Source: Eledone cirrhosa (Eukaryota). From it: 64,000 bases of DNA. The translations under genes and the position numbers were made by a program. The notes beneath the pieces are model-generated. The model did not search any database. It saw nothing but the letters and a program-made list of their open reading frames with translations, and was not told where the DNA came from. Location of the stretch: contig OZ024745.1 in the NCBI GenBank assembly GCA_964016885.1, positions 100,316,001 to 100,380,000 on the forward strand. Direction: 5' to 3'. This document shows positions 27,721 through 41,673 of this stretch, one piece after another. Numbering within the stretch: the stretch's first letter is position 1; every line of letters starts with the position of its first letter.

Positions 27721-28794
27721 TCCCTTTCTATGCAAATTCATACAATCTTTCTAGATATACCGCTTACTGATAGTAAATAGATCTGACTGAAATGATTTAA
27801 TTATTTGTCAGTGACGTGCAGCAAGGCTTTTCAGTTCCTTTCGTGTCCCATTCTCCCCACTTCCGACCTCTCACATGATTGCAGTACTTTAAAAAAAACA
27901 GGGGATTATTGCAAAATTATAGATTTTATTATATTGAAAAACAGATGTGCATGAGATTTTGTATGACTGTCATTAAATCTTATTACTTTGTAAACAATAT
28001 TTTGCTAAGTTTGATTAAATGACAAGACCACTCTGGTCGGTAATGGCATAATAAACCAGGATTGTTACAAATGTCACTCACATGTATGAACATTAACAAT
28101 AAAACGCAGATATCGATCCAGCACAGGAAACACTATGTTTGTCAGATCTGCTAAAAATATCAGCTAACTCTCCCTCAAATAATACTAGTCTTCATAAAAG
28201 AAGGGGATGACATTGTATAAAGTAGTACTCTATATCAGAGCCAGATTTAATGGGAGGCCAAGGGGGCAATCAACCCGGGACCCCTGCAGTGTTTGTGGGT
28301 GGGGGAGGTGGGCAGCGACGGCCGTAGAAATTTATTTGTGCCCTCAGCTGGGCTTTTTAATTTTAGGATGGTTAGAATTTTTTAATTTAATACCTGTATG
28401 TATAACTTTTCAATTCCAATTAATTGCGCCAAGCTAACCTTGATATGTAAACAAATTTTTTGGGGGGAGGGGGGGGGGGGGGGGGCGTGATGCTGTGTAT
28501 TCTAATTTTTTGGTCATCAGCGCCGCTGGACACGCTCAAGTTAACTATGAATAAAAACTGTAGAAATCAACTGATTAAACCGAACTGACTTGTTGAAATT
28601 TCTAGCTTTTGATTGATCATATATAACTTATCAGAAGATAGTGTATGGTTTATATATATTTTGTTAAATAGTAAAAACTGTACTTTTTTTTAAAGGATTT
28701 GGAGATTTTAGTTTATTTTAAGCTTTCTTGAAAAGTTCTTGTCGTTGATAAACAACGTAGAAAAAGCAGTAATTATTAAATTATAGAACGAGAT

Positions 28795-29052
28795 GGCAGA
28801 TATGTGTGTGTGTGAGTGAGAGAGAGAATCAGATGTGTGTGTGTGTGTGAATGAGAGAGAAGCAGATATGCGTGTGTATAAGTGAGAGAGAGAGAAACAG
28901 ATATGTGTGTGTGTGTGAGAGAGAGATAGAGAGAGAGAGAGAGATAGACTAGCTGCTAGTCTCTCTCTCTCTCTGCTAATCACTAGCAGATATGTGAGAG
29001 AAAGAGATAGATAGCTATTAGTTTGAGTACAAGAAATGACCGAGAGAGGGGC

Positions 29053-29109
<57 letters not shown>

Positions 29110-29122
29110 GCGTGCGCGCGCG
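28795..29122. repeat. Compound (TG)/(GA)/(TC) microsatellite block
   Basis: Read directly. Confidence 0.9.
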
Positions 29123-29339
29123 CACTTTCGCAATGCTTCTAGTTGTGGTTTGTTTTAATGCGTGTGTGTGATTTTTGTTCGTGTGACCGTTCTGAATAGA
29201 ATCCCCAAAGTAACTTGCATTACCTTTTATATTCACTCACACGAAACATTGTCGAAGAGATTCCTATTAATAGTACTGCTATGTTAATGTTAAAGGCTTC
29301 TTTATATGGATATTACAATATCATACCGGTCGCTCTCCG

Positions 29340-29670
29340 ACAGGTTTGCGGTCGTGCTCTTGGCAGTGGAGACTTCTGGTGTCCTTGGCCCTAGGGCTAC
29401 CCCCTACTCACCACCATAGGCGCTGAGCTGGCCAGCCGCGGGTGTGAACCTTCCGAGTTGGAATGGCTCTTCCAGCGCATCTCCCTTACCATCCTCCGGG
29501 GAAACGCCTTCTCCATTCTGTCCGCCGGGGCTGTGGGGAGGCCAGCACGTGGGACCCCATTTGCTCACCATACAGAGAGATGGGGAGGGCGAAAGAGATG
29601 GAGGCGATGACAGTGGGAGTTCGGCTTTTCCACGTTCGGACCATATCCTTGTGGTTGTGTTTAAATAATT
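29340..29670 (+). mobile_element. CRE-clade non-LTR 3' fragment, paralog of 27465-27720
   Basis: FAVVLLAVETSGVLGPRATPLLTTIG ... EWLFQRISLTILRGNAFSIL. Confidence 0.72.
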
Positions 29671-29879
29671 ATGTCACTCATTTTGTCTTGTTTTCTTTCT
29701 TTTAAAAAATGTCACTCGACGGATTCCCTTCCTTTTTCGTTTTTATATTTTCTTATTTATTTTACATTCCATTCTTTCTTCTCAATCTATTTTTTCTTTT
29801 TCTATTGAATTATCTATATAATTAAAAAAATCTACATATGATATAAAAGAAAAAAAATACTTTGTATTAACATTTCCTC

Positions 29880-30205
29880 CTCCTCCTTCTTCACCCATTT
29901 ATTCTTGAGAAGGTCGTGGGGGCAGAGTCCTCAAACACTCCCTCCAGTGGGTCTTGTCAGAAACAATCGTCTCCAACTGATCCGGCTGGATCCCCAAGCA
30001 AGATCAGCCAAGTTCAAGGATGTTATCCAATCATCTTGCTCGGGGTTTATCCATAGGTCTCTTGCCGGCTGGTTTGGCTCTTAAAATCTGTTCAGGGGTT
30101 ATTTCCTGAGACATTCTAACCACATGACCATAGTATCGGAGCTGTGATCTCTCAATTCGGAGAAGTAGTGGCTCCCTCCTCGAGTGATCTCCGCGTTACA
30201 CTCCT
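29880..30205 (-). mobile_element. RTE (Expander/Rex3-like) LINE 3' end
   Basis: PLLLRIERSQLRYYGHVVRMSQE...AKPAGKRPMDKPRAR on the minus strand; (GAA/GGA) tail. Confidence 0.75.
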
Positions 30206-30699
30206 GATTATTAAAATATCTATTGTAGTATTTGTTGTTTTAGCCCATGGAATGGTTTTAGCTTTTCAGCCTTGACAACCTATTTTTTCTTCACATACAG
30301 TTTATCGATAATTACATTATCCTATCTTTCAGTACTCCTATTTTTCAGAAAGTAGGCTGGGTTGAGAGGGTATGTTTGCTATATCTAGCAGATTGAACGA
30401 CTCACTCGCTGGCGTAAAAATAAACAAATAAAATAATGATATTCCTATAATCGATTATACCAATCAAAAGAAATGTGTAGCTTTGTGCCTGTGCCAAAAG
30501 TCAATATTGAAGAAATCCAGTATGTGTGTTATATACATATTTACATATTACTCTGAAATACTTCGAATTGTGTGATAGTTCCAAATGTTTGTTATTTGAT
30601 TTCATTGTTCTGGTAGTATCACCTACATTTAATTTTCTCAAGTTCTACTCACTTTTGATTTTTAATGTTTAATGAAAATATTTGTTAAAATATGAATTT

Positions 30700-30837
30700 A
30701 TAGTTGGGCATTGAGGATCGAATGAATTAACTGTAGAGATATAAAAGATACAGAAGCGAAAACCAACCAAATAGTGAGTGTGTTCTGTTATTATTTCTGG
30801 CAGTATTATTACAATATGACCCTCCCCAAGTATAACA

Positions 30838-30840
<3 letters not shown>
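30700..30840. repeat. Interspersed repeat ending in (TA)n; second copy 53465-53605
   Basis: Shared gatataaaaga..cagaagcgaaaaccaaccaaa.agtgagtgtgttctgt...tatgacc..cccaagtataac. Confidence 0.7.
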
Positions 30841-30868
<28 letters not shown>

Positions 30869-31316
30869 AATGGAAAAAATGAAATTTCATTTCTCACTCT
30901 TAGTACGGCTGATACTTAAATAGGTTCACTCTTAGTACGGCTGATACTTAAATAGGTTCACAAACAAATCCACAAATACACACACAAACAGACAGAAATT
31001 GCCATTTATATATATATATATATATATAGTGAAAGGGTGAAGAATAATATGGTCGGCTGTACTGTCGGGTTTTACTTACAATATTAACGGCTGCTAATCA
31101 CTAGATCTAAAGGCTGCTAATCACTAGATATTGCGTCACTCGACCTTAAATACCGCGTGTGTTTCTAATCAAATCATCCGTACGTTAAAACTATCCACAA
31201 TACAGAGTACTCACAACCTCTAACTGGATTACCTTAAACGATACCTTGTTCTTGTTATCCTCTCACTCTCTCTCTCTCTCTCTATGTATACATACATACA
31301 TACATACATACATACA

Positions 31317-31931
31317 TGGTGGCTGCCAACTCGTTTTCGAGTACGGCCACTACTTTATATCCATGTAGGAGAACCCCTACCGAAGCGCTGAACGAGTGGG
31401 ACTTTTTAGTCCAGCCAGCGACTTGAAAACTCTGGTACAAACACTACACTTGTGACAATTATTGACACATAGTACTGGGCCCATGGTACCATGTGAGGAC
31501 AAGTGCAGAGAGATCTCCAGATACAAAGCAATGTCTGTGCCGTGAAGCTTTTATAGTGAGCAAAGGCACTGCACAAAGCCAGTCCCACTCTCTTAACCAA
31601 GATGATATTTACCAAAAAGAAGAACAAGTCAACATCATTGGATACCATCAGGGTTGCAGGTGTTATATCAGAGTTTTCCTTCTCCTAGAATTCTGCCTTG
31701 ACAAAGGCTAAGGGGTCATCTCTCCCGGTAATTTTGGATGGCCATTGACTCTTAAGAGCTCCTTTGCCCTTTGACAGGTTTTGTTTTTAGTCCTGCAGGA
31801 TGTCCAAAGTCACCCTCCTCACCAAGAAACCTTGGTGGGGTTGCCAGTTTAGTCGCCAACGACCCGACCATAAGACAGGTTGTACTGGGATACATGTTAC
31901 CAGTAGCACCAACTGGTGCTACTGGTAACAT
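31317..31931 (-). mobile_element. ~615-bp non-autonomous retroelement embedded in (TACA)n
   Basis: (TACA)n on both sides; minus strand carries aggcagaattctaggagaaggaaaactctg, a motif recalled from RTE 5' UTRs; duplicated at 1-188. Confidence 0.65.
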
Positions 31932-31966
31932 ACATACATACATACATACATACATACATACATACA

Positions 31967-32002
<36 letters not shown>

Positions 32003-32004
32003 TT

Positions 32005-32215
32005 GTGAAGGCGCGTGGCTGAGTGGTTAGAGAATTGGATTCGCAATCGTGAGGTTGTGAGTTCAATGCGTTATGTCCTTGAGCAAGACTCTTTATTTTA
32101 CATTGCTCCTTCTGCTGGAGTTGCGACCGACAGATAGTATTAGCAATTGGAAAGACCAATGGAAACATTGTTTCCTCGGTCCGATTTGATGAGCTCCACC
32201 CCACTTGTTAAGCGA
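32005..32215 (+). mobile_element. tRNA-derived SINE (CORE-like)
   Basis: A-box tggctgagtgg, B-box gagttcaatgc, gtccttgagcaagac core; 3' part similar to 3120-3200. Confidence 0.7.
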
Positions 32216-32244
32216 GTGAGGTCTAGAATCTTGTCGATCGATTA

Positions 32245-33059
32245 TCTGTATATATATAAAATTAAGTATGTGTGTCTGTGTATTACCTATAGGGGCCTAC
32301 ATCTTACGACCGATTTTCATGAAACTTTACAGGCTCATAGATTAGTCATCGGGGAATGTTTTCTATATATCAGCGTATCGTTCTTTTATTCCGGGGTCAT
32401 TCTGCAGATAAAAATCGATAGGGGGAGGGGGAGGGGGTCACTTTTTTTTTAGGTATCGAAAAATAAGATTTTTGGCTCTAGCTCCCACATTTTGCCATAG
32501 ATTTCGTTCAATTTTTAAAGCAAAATAGAATTTATCATTGCACATCCTGTAATGGCTTTATATTTTGCATTTGTTGTTCAGGCAGGTAGTCGCTTAAATA
32601 TTAAAAAATACAACTTTTAGACTCAAATTTCCACTATTTCGGCTCTAGCTCCCACATTAATCAACCTACTTTGTTCAAATTTTACACTACGCTAGATCTG
32701 ATTATTTCACGTCTTAAAGTGGCTTTACATTTTAGATTTTTTTTTTATTCAGGAACGGGGTGGCAGCCGCTTAATTATTCGTAATACCATCTTTTCACTC
32801 AAATTCCCGCCTTTTCGGCTCTAGCTCCCACATTTTTCAACCGATTTCGTTCAAATTCGAAACTTCGGCTCCACCTCACACATAAATCAATTTATTTGGT
32901 TCAACTTTTATACTACAATAGAACTTATCATTGCAACATTTCGCCATTTGCTACACCTTACTACCGATTTTCAAGAAATTCGCAGTCGCTAAGATCAACA
33001 CCTTTTCATCAAAGCAAATATTATTTTACCTACCCAGGCAACGCTGGGTACTGCTGCTA

Positions 33060-33060
<1 letters not shown>
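32245..33060 (+). mobile_element. Complete non-autonomous Helitron (816 bp)
   Basis: A|TC 5' end, CTAG|T 3' end, subterminal hairpin tacccag-gcaacg-ctgggta (33031-33050), internal subrepeats ggctctagctcccacatt. Confidence 0.85.
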
Positions 33061-34509
<1,449 letters not shown>

Positions 34510-34869
34510 GGAGGCCCGAGGCACTTCATGCTTGGGGGAAGGAGAGCTTCATACACAAAAAATTAGAATACACCACAACCGCCAAATTTTACATATCAAA
34601 GTCTTCTTAAAAAAATCTAACCATCTTCATTTTATGTCCACATTCTATTTACATCTATCGTAATGCTCATTTTCATAAAATAAAATATGTTAAGAGGTAT
34701 TTAAATATTGCATAACATAATTTTAAAAATTCATTTACGATATCTAAAAACAGAAAGTAATAACGAAAAATAACAGAAAAATGTTTTCTATGAAAACTAT
34801 AAAACATTTACAGAAGTTCAATATATATCAATGTTTTTAACTTTTTTCTTTGGACCATATATGAAGAGA

Positions 34870-35460
34870 TTGTGGGAGGGGCTTCCTGAAACAACCTACA
34901 AACAGTTGACCATGTGAGAAACAGCCCTCTTCTAGATGGAGACCAACAACCTTGGTCATTGCATAACTGACACTCACTGGGGATTGCAATTGTTTAAATT
35001 CAGTGAAGATTTTGGCTTCGATAATATGAAGCTGTAGCTCAGTCACAACCATACCTGTCTCTTTGCACAATCATGGCTGATCCAGGTTTTTGAGAAGCAT
35101 GATGACTGTGTTCTTCTTTAACTTAAGGTTGTGTGGCAGCATATCAGATGGTTCCAGACTTTTGAGTAAGTCAATGGGATAATGAACAGCTTCATCCTCA
35201 ACAACAACTTTGTTCATAGATTTATAAGGTCTGGCTACCTCCAGGGATCATTTGTAAGAGATTTTTGTTGATGGCATTCACTGTGATGTTTTAGGGGACA
35301 AGGATTGCTCTTTCACACAATCATTCCTTGTTAGACTGTTGGGTTTCCAAATTGGGGAACACTTGATAAATTAATTTACAATACTTTCCACAACAGTAGA
35401 GAATCGTAAAGGATCAAAACATTCTTCAGTATCAAGAGATTGCTTTTCTATAAATTTCGA
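34870..35460 (-). mobile_element. Helitron PIF1-like helicase remnant (pseudogenised)
   Basis: YPIDLLKSLEPSDMLPHNLKLKKNTVIMLLKNLDQP*LCKETGMVV...VSYAMT...VVGLHLEEGCFSHGQLFVGC matches the Helitron helicase C-terminal motifs. Confidence 0.85.
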
Positions 35461-35719
35461 CTGAGAAGTGCTTATCTGTAACTTCAAGGGTTCCTTCTCC
35501 CTTCCTTCCCCTGTTATTCGATACTGGGAAAATCTGAGGGTTCCCCGCTTCCGTTATCAGAAAAAGGAGTCATTGGTGAGTGAGTCAGATGTCAGATCAG
35601 TCAAAAACAAATGAAAAAAAAAAACCTAGACAGAAAAAAAACATTTTCACAGAAGAAATCTCCGAGGCTGGGAAAATCTGAGGGTCAATACCCCCCCTCT
35701 CTACTGCTGATATATCAGT

Positions 35720-36045
35720 CTGTTGGAAGGTGGACACCGCAGACATATTTTATTTTTGTAGCCCAAACATGACAGCATTGGAATCATTATTGATGCATTT
35801 TTCACACATACTTTGTAGCCCTCACCACCAAGTGAGTCAGGTTGGTGACAATAATAAATCTTTGAAGGAATTTCACCAGTCCGGCCTCCTGTCATTTTAC
35901 TCAATAATAAGTAATTCCGTTCTTGCATCACCAACAAGATTCAACATCAAAGATGGATGAGTTGCATAACGTCGAGTGCTTTTCCTAATATATCATGATT
36001 GGCAATACGGAATGACCTGTTCTATCCAGTAGTGAACCACCAAAC
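35720..36045 (-). mobile_element. Probable upstream part of the same Helitron helicase remnant
   Basis: SLLDRTGHSVLPI resembles the LLxGGRTAHS motif Ia region; otherwise decayed. Confidence 0.4.
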
Positions 36046-36049
36046 TTAA

Positions 36050-36111
<62 letters not shown>

Positions 36112-37517
36112 AATCATCATCATCGTTTAATGTCCATTTTCTATGCTAAAATGATTTAGAAGAGTTGTCCCATTGTGAGACAAGCCAGATCGGATGACAG
36201 TGTTTTGCTCCCACAGAACTGATTTTGGATTGGTTATTACAGCTGGATGGCCTTCCTAACACCAACCACACTACAGGGAAGTTGCTTGGCTTAGTGGTTA
36301 CATCGTCAGGCTTACAATCATTATTCAAATTTCCAAACCGGGCTGTATGTTGTGTGTTCTTGAGCAAGATACTTTATTTCATGTTGCTCAAGTTCTAGCT
36401 GTTGAAATGAGTTGTATCATAGCAGCAGGGATGGTTTCGGGCAGTTTGGTATCAAAAGAGTTAAAGGATTACTTGTTTAAAGCTAAGCTGAATATGCATA
36501 TATTAGTATTTCCAGCAAATGTTTATAATTTAAACTTTTTAATACATGAATATTCCATTCACATACATGTACGCATATGAGCTCTCACACATACATGCAT
36601 GCACACGAGCATTCACACATACATGCATGCACACGTCCACACACACACACACACACATGTTTTTCTCTGACTTAATAATACTTTTTCCTTCAATCTTTTG
36701 ATTGAAATCTTACTTCTAACTTGTATTTTGTTGCTCTCGCTCTCTCTTCCCTTTTATTCTCGCGCTCTCTCTTCCTTTTTACTCTCATCCTCTTTTTATT
36801 TTGCTCCACCTCTCCTCTCTCTCTAGCTTGTGGTCTCTCCCTGCTTTTTCTACTCTATGAATCCCTATACAAAGTTCTCTTATTCAATATCTTGCTTTCA
36901 TAGTACTCTTAGCATGTGAGTGGCCAGACGTAAACCGAAATTTGAGAAACTTGTTGAAATTTTATAAAACACGTGAAATGGTAAAAAAGCATTAAGTAAT
37001 GGAGTTGTGAAACAAAAACTATACTTTTAGCAACTCTTTAAAACATTTTAAACATCAAAATATTAAAACTTCATAAATATATTCTATACCCATGAGAAAT
37101 TCAAAAGCACACCATCTAAACATAATGTGTTGATTAGCTGCCTCGGCTTATAAATGAGGTTTGGATTTTTGCCCATTTCTCAGGCATAAAAGGAAGGTGG
37201 GTATCAGCTTATATTCAGATTGGCTTATATTCAAGTATATATGGAAAGTTTCTAAAAGCTATTGACAGATGATTTGAAGTCATATTCAATCTCTCTGAAT
37301 TTGTTTTAGATAGTAACCTGATGTTGTTTCGACTGCCTATTATCTGAATTTTTTGTAACATATCTAATTTAAGGTTAGACAGATCACCACAGATTGTTTT
37401 AAATACTAATATTCTTGAAAGTTGACACTCTGCTGGTAGGGTAGTTGTTAATTTAAAGGATCTTTATAATCCTGATCATCTCTTGTTGGTATGTGTCTGG
37501 GTCACCATGTTATAGAC

Positions 37518-37876
37518 CAGAGCATGCAACAGGCGGCCTGTGTGCCACAATCTGGCCCGCCAGACCAGTCAGGGTGGCTCGTGATGACAGTTTTTAATTT
37601 TTACCTTGTAGGCTTAATTTTTACCTTGTAGAATTTTTACCTTGTAGAATTCTTTTTGTAACTGTAATACAATTTTCTGTTAGTTGACCTATACTAAAGG
37701 GCTTCACTGATAGGGTTATGTGTGTTATAATTTCCCAGTTCCATGTTATGGAAAGAAATTATAGTTTTCATAAGATTGTGGTTTTCATTAGATTACATAT
37801 TTTGACAGTGACTGGCCCTAATAGTTGTTCCAATGTTCAAAAGTGGCCCGCCAGTGGAATATGTTGCACACTCCTG
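37518..37876. mobile_element. hAT (Charlie-like) MITE
   Basis: Ends cagagcatgcaac / gttgcacactcctg; 8-bp TSD ttatagac (37510-37517) / ttgtagac (37877-37884); tggcccgcc subterminal motifs. Confidence 0.75.
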
Positions 37877-39066
37877 TTGTAGACCACGAACAATCACTTT
37901 CTTCATGTTGTACAGATGGCAAGAAAATTCAGTTATTGTCTGGTGAATGTGGGTTTGTGATATGCGGATGTTATGAATTCACACTCGGTGTAAGTTATTA
38001 ACCCATCCAAGAAAACCAGTTTGTGTTTTTTTTTAACTTTTTCTATTGTAAACTGTATTGAAGGTTTTATTGACTCCATATTGTCCAACAGAATCAGGTA
38101 TCATGTTGGCTTTGATATCTTCCTCAGTGGGTCCAGCATGGGTGTGAACACAATATGAGGCTTTTTTTAAGAAGAAAAGCACATTAAGCCTTAGGCTATA
38201 AAGAAAGATAATCTGTTTAAAGCTTTTATTTTCTGCCACATAGTTGTTAGACAATAGCATAAACAATATAAACATTAAGTTTTAAGTGCTCTAATCATGT
38301 TGCTAACTGAGTTACAAAATGCAGAAATCATCATCATCATCTTCATCATCACCATTTATCGTCCATTTTTCCATGCTAGAATGGGTTAGATGAGTTATCC
38401 TATTGTGAGACAAGCCAGATCAGATGACCATGTCTTACTTATACAGAACTAATTCTAGCTGGATGCTCTTCCTAACACCAACCACATTTACAATGTGGAC
38501 TGGGTGCTTTTCGTCATGAAACCTTCATGACCATTTTATAGTGTGGACTGTGTGCTTTTTGTCGTGATACCAACACGACCACTTTACAGTATGGACTGGT
38601 CACATTATGGAGGCAGAAACATGTAAACAGAGGCACTTGTGAGGTCATTTCTGCATTGGGGCTATTGCATTTCCAATGCTTTTTAAATCAATCGTTGTTT
38701 AAAATGTTTGTATTTATCTAAAAATCTTTCATCATCATTTTATGTAAGAATACATGTAATGTACAGTTTAGGAAGTTAGTTATGTTACTAAATCCCAAAC
38801 ATTTTTTATTATATTCAAAATTTATGAAAACTATGTAAAGTGTCTTTTATTAGAAATATTGTAATGAAAGGGTAAACTGTGTTGCTTCTTATTATAATGG
38901 TGTATTAAAAGGTCATAGTTTCAATGATAGAATGTATTATATACAGAACAGCACTAATAGTACAAAATGCTAAAATAGGAAATGAAATATATATATAGTT
39001 TAAAAAACTATATATATATATATATTTCATAACATGCATTTAACTTCTTCTTGTCTTGGTACTGAG

Positions 39067-39121
39067 GGAGTAAATGTCACTGATGATGAATAAAAATCCA
39101 GAAACACATGTCTGGTATTCT
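39067..39121 (+). ncRNA. Type I hammerhead ribozyme motif (copy 1 of a tandem pair)
   Basis: Stem I tgtca/tggta, CTGATGA 39080-39086, stem II tgaat-aaaa-atcca, GAAA 39101-39104, short stem III acacatgt, GUC cleavage triplet ending at 39112. Confidence 0.7.
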
Positions 39122-39314
39122 CAACGACTACTGAGATACCTGTGATATAATCACAGCTTCAAACATTCATAGAGAGACTCGTGCATGTTTATTGTACATA
39201 AACATCATTTATACATTTCCATATATATCCCTATTATGAACCATTCTATGTTCTTGCTACAGCTAATTAATCTTAGCATTATATGTAAATAAATAAAATT
39301 ATGGAAATAAAGAG

Positions 39315-39487
39315 CGGTGCTTTGGCACTATTGGTAGAGTGTCAGACACCATGCTTTGCAGCACAGAGTTATGGCCCTTTACGTTCCGAGTTCAAATCTT
39401 GCTGAGGTTAGCTTTGCCTTTCATCCTTATGGAGTTGATAAAATAAAGCACCAGTAATGCTGGCCTTGTGCCAAAAGTAGAAACATT
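39315..39487 (+). mobile_element. SINE family A inserted between the hammerhead repeats
   Basis: Family-A body; 12-bp duplication cattatatgtaa at 39277-39288 and 39484-39495. Confidence 0.8.
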
Positions 39488-39568
39488 ATATGTAACCAAA
39501 CAACCCCAGCCAATTTTTCATATGCAAAAAGTATATAAGCTTTTAGGTTATTCTTGTCTCAGTACCAA

Positions 39569-39627
39569 GTGAGTAATTGTCACTGGTGATGGATAAAAAT
39601 CCAGAAACACATGTCTGATATTCTCAC
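39569..39627 (+). ncRNA. Type I hammerhead ribozyme motif (copy 2; core CUGGUGA)
   Basis: gtgag..tgtca CTGGTGA tggat-aaaa-atcca GAAA cacatg TC tgata..ctcac; perfect stem II, extended stem I, one core substitution. Confidence 0.65.
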
Positions 39628-39724
39628 AGGCTACTAAAATAGCTGTGACATGATCACAGCTTAAAGTATTCATATCAACACTTGTGTATGTTTATTTATA
39701 CATAAACATATCTTATATATCTAA

Positions 39725-39995
39725 AGTCTGTCTTAAGCCAGAAGGCTCAATTGGCCGGTTTTTATCCCGGTTTCATGGCGTGAAGCGACTGAGAGTACAA
39801 GAGTCCTCCCTGGACAGGACGCCATTCCATCACAGGGTTAAACCTCCAGCTACTGCTGGTACTCATTTTCAGCTGAGTATACTGGAGCAATATGAAATGC
39901 AATGTTTTGCTCAAGAACACAACATGCAACCCAGGAATCGAACCCACAACATTATGATTGTAAGTCCAATACCCTTACCACTAGGCCACATGCTT
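39725..39995 (-). mobile_element. tRNA-derived SINE (third family)
   Basis: Minus-strand tggcctagtggtaag (A-box), ggttcgattcc (B-box), gttcttgagcaa core, ccctgtgatggaatggcgtcctgtccaggg segment. Confidence 0.8.
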
Positions 39996-40417
39996 CCACT
40001 ATAATCTTCCTACACATCCCTGTTATATATAGTTTAAATCTTAGTAATGTGTGGCTGATTGTCACACTTGGTGGTGAAATGATGGTCATTTTTGTTTTTG
40101 GTTTACTTTTTTCTTCTTTTTCTCACTCTGATTGTATATTTTGGTGTTGTTGTATTTGTGAGGTTCCTAGAAATAGTTAATTGTATTAGTTATATGTGTT
40201 TATATTTGTGTTTATAATTTCATTCTAAAAGAATTGTGAGTAATTTGTAATGTTATTTATGTATATACTAAATTAAATTGATAATAATTTAAGATTAAGG
40301 CATTAAAAATAAGTTTAAATCTTCATTGTATTTCCACACAGAGGGAATAGTGTAAAGTCTGGTTAGACTTCCTTCCCAGCTAGATTCTAATTTAAAATCT
40401 GTTGTTATATTTACATT

Positions 40418-40583
40418 CAGTGCCAGATTTAGGACAAATGAGGCCATGTGCTAGTTAAGTTAAGAGGCCCCAAATATTTGAAAAATTTTAGTAAACACTT
40501 TTTGGGGCAGGAAGATGTCCCTCCCCTGGCCAACAGGGCCCTGTGCTTAAGCACACCTAAGTTCAAAAGTAAATCCATCTCTG
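40418..40583. mobile_element. hAT-type MITE, 166 bp
   Basis: Imperfect TIR cagtgccagattta / taaatccatctctg; exact 8-bp TSD tttacatt (40410-40417, 40584-40591). Confidence 0.78.
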
Positions 40584-40716
40584 TTTACATTAAATTAATC
40601 TTAAAAATTCTAATATTGATTGTGTTCTGTAAAAATATTTATCATTTAGTTGACTATGTTGCTATACACATCATATACATTAAACTGACTATTTCAGTTA
40701 TGTTCACATGCACACA

Positions 40717-40915
40717 TAAAGTGGTTGTGTAGGTGTCACAACAAAAAGTACCCAGTCCACACTGTAAAGTGGTCGTGTAGTGTCATGACAAAAAGTACCC
40801 AGCCTACACTGTAAAGTGGTTGTGTAGGTGTGTCACCACAAAAAGCACCCAGCCTACACTGTAAAGTGGTCATGTAGGTGCCATGACAAAAGGCACCCAG
40901 TACTCACTGTAAATG
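40717..40915. repeat. ~48-bp tandem repeat at the head of a (GAT)n-tailed repeat
   Basis: Four units of ggtgtcacaacaaaaagtacccagtccacactgtaaagtggtcgtgta; inverted relatives at 38480-38600. Confidence 0.8.
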
Positions 40916-41224
40916 AGGTTGGCATTAGGAAGGGCACCCAGCTGTAGAAACCAGGCCCAAATCAATTCTGTATGAGCATTGCTAGCATTACCTGCAGCAA
41001 GACAACTCGTGTAACCCATGTTAGTGTGGAAGAATGGACATAAAACAGTGATGATGATGATGATGATGATTCTTGATATGATTTGCACTCAATAGAACGA
41101 ATGACCTTATGTAAGTGAGATGCAGACCCTGTGGCCTGTCTGGGAGGTCAGTAGCCTGGCTTCAGTACTGACTTGGCCTATGTAGACCCATAAAACACTG
41201 GCTAGCAGGGAAAGTGGATGTTAA

Positions 41225-41256
<32 letters not shown>

Positions 41257-41625
41257 ACATAAGGTTATGTTACCAAGAAATACATGCTAAAGACAAGGAA
41301 ATGAACCAATATAATGTTTTCACTAAGGAGGTATACATGTTGGGTGACCATGTCTTGCTTATCTGCTCTGTTTTTAGTTTGGTTACCTATTGTTGGATGC
41401 CCTTCTTAACACTGGGTGCTTTTTTTGTAGCACAAGTACTGCCATCTTACAGGGTGAATTAATTGCATGCTTTTTGTTGTGGCACTAGCACAACCACCTT
41501 ACAGGGTTGACTGGTTGTATTTTTTGTGGCATCAGCCCTACCACATTACAGGGTAGGGCTGATGCCATAGTCTGGAACTAGTTGTTGAAATGGCAAGAGC
41601 TCAACCGTCAGGTCTCGACTCTTTA

Positions 41626-41673
<48 letters not shown>

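Noticed and set aside
30894-30959. 32-bp exact tandem duplication
   Set aside because: A simple local duplication with no further structure.
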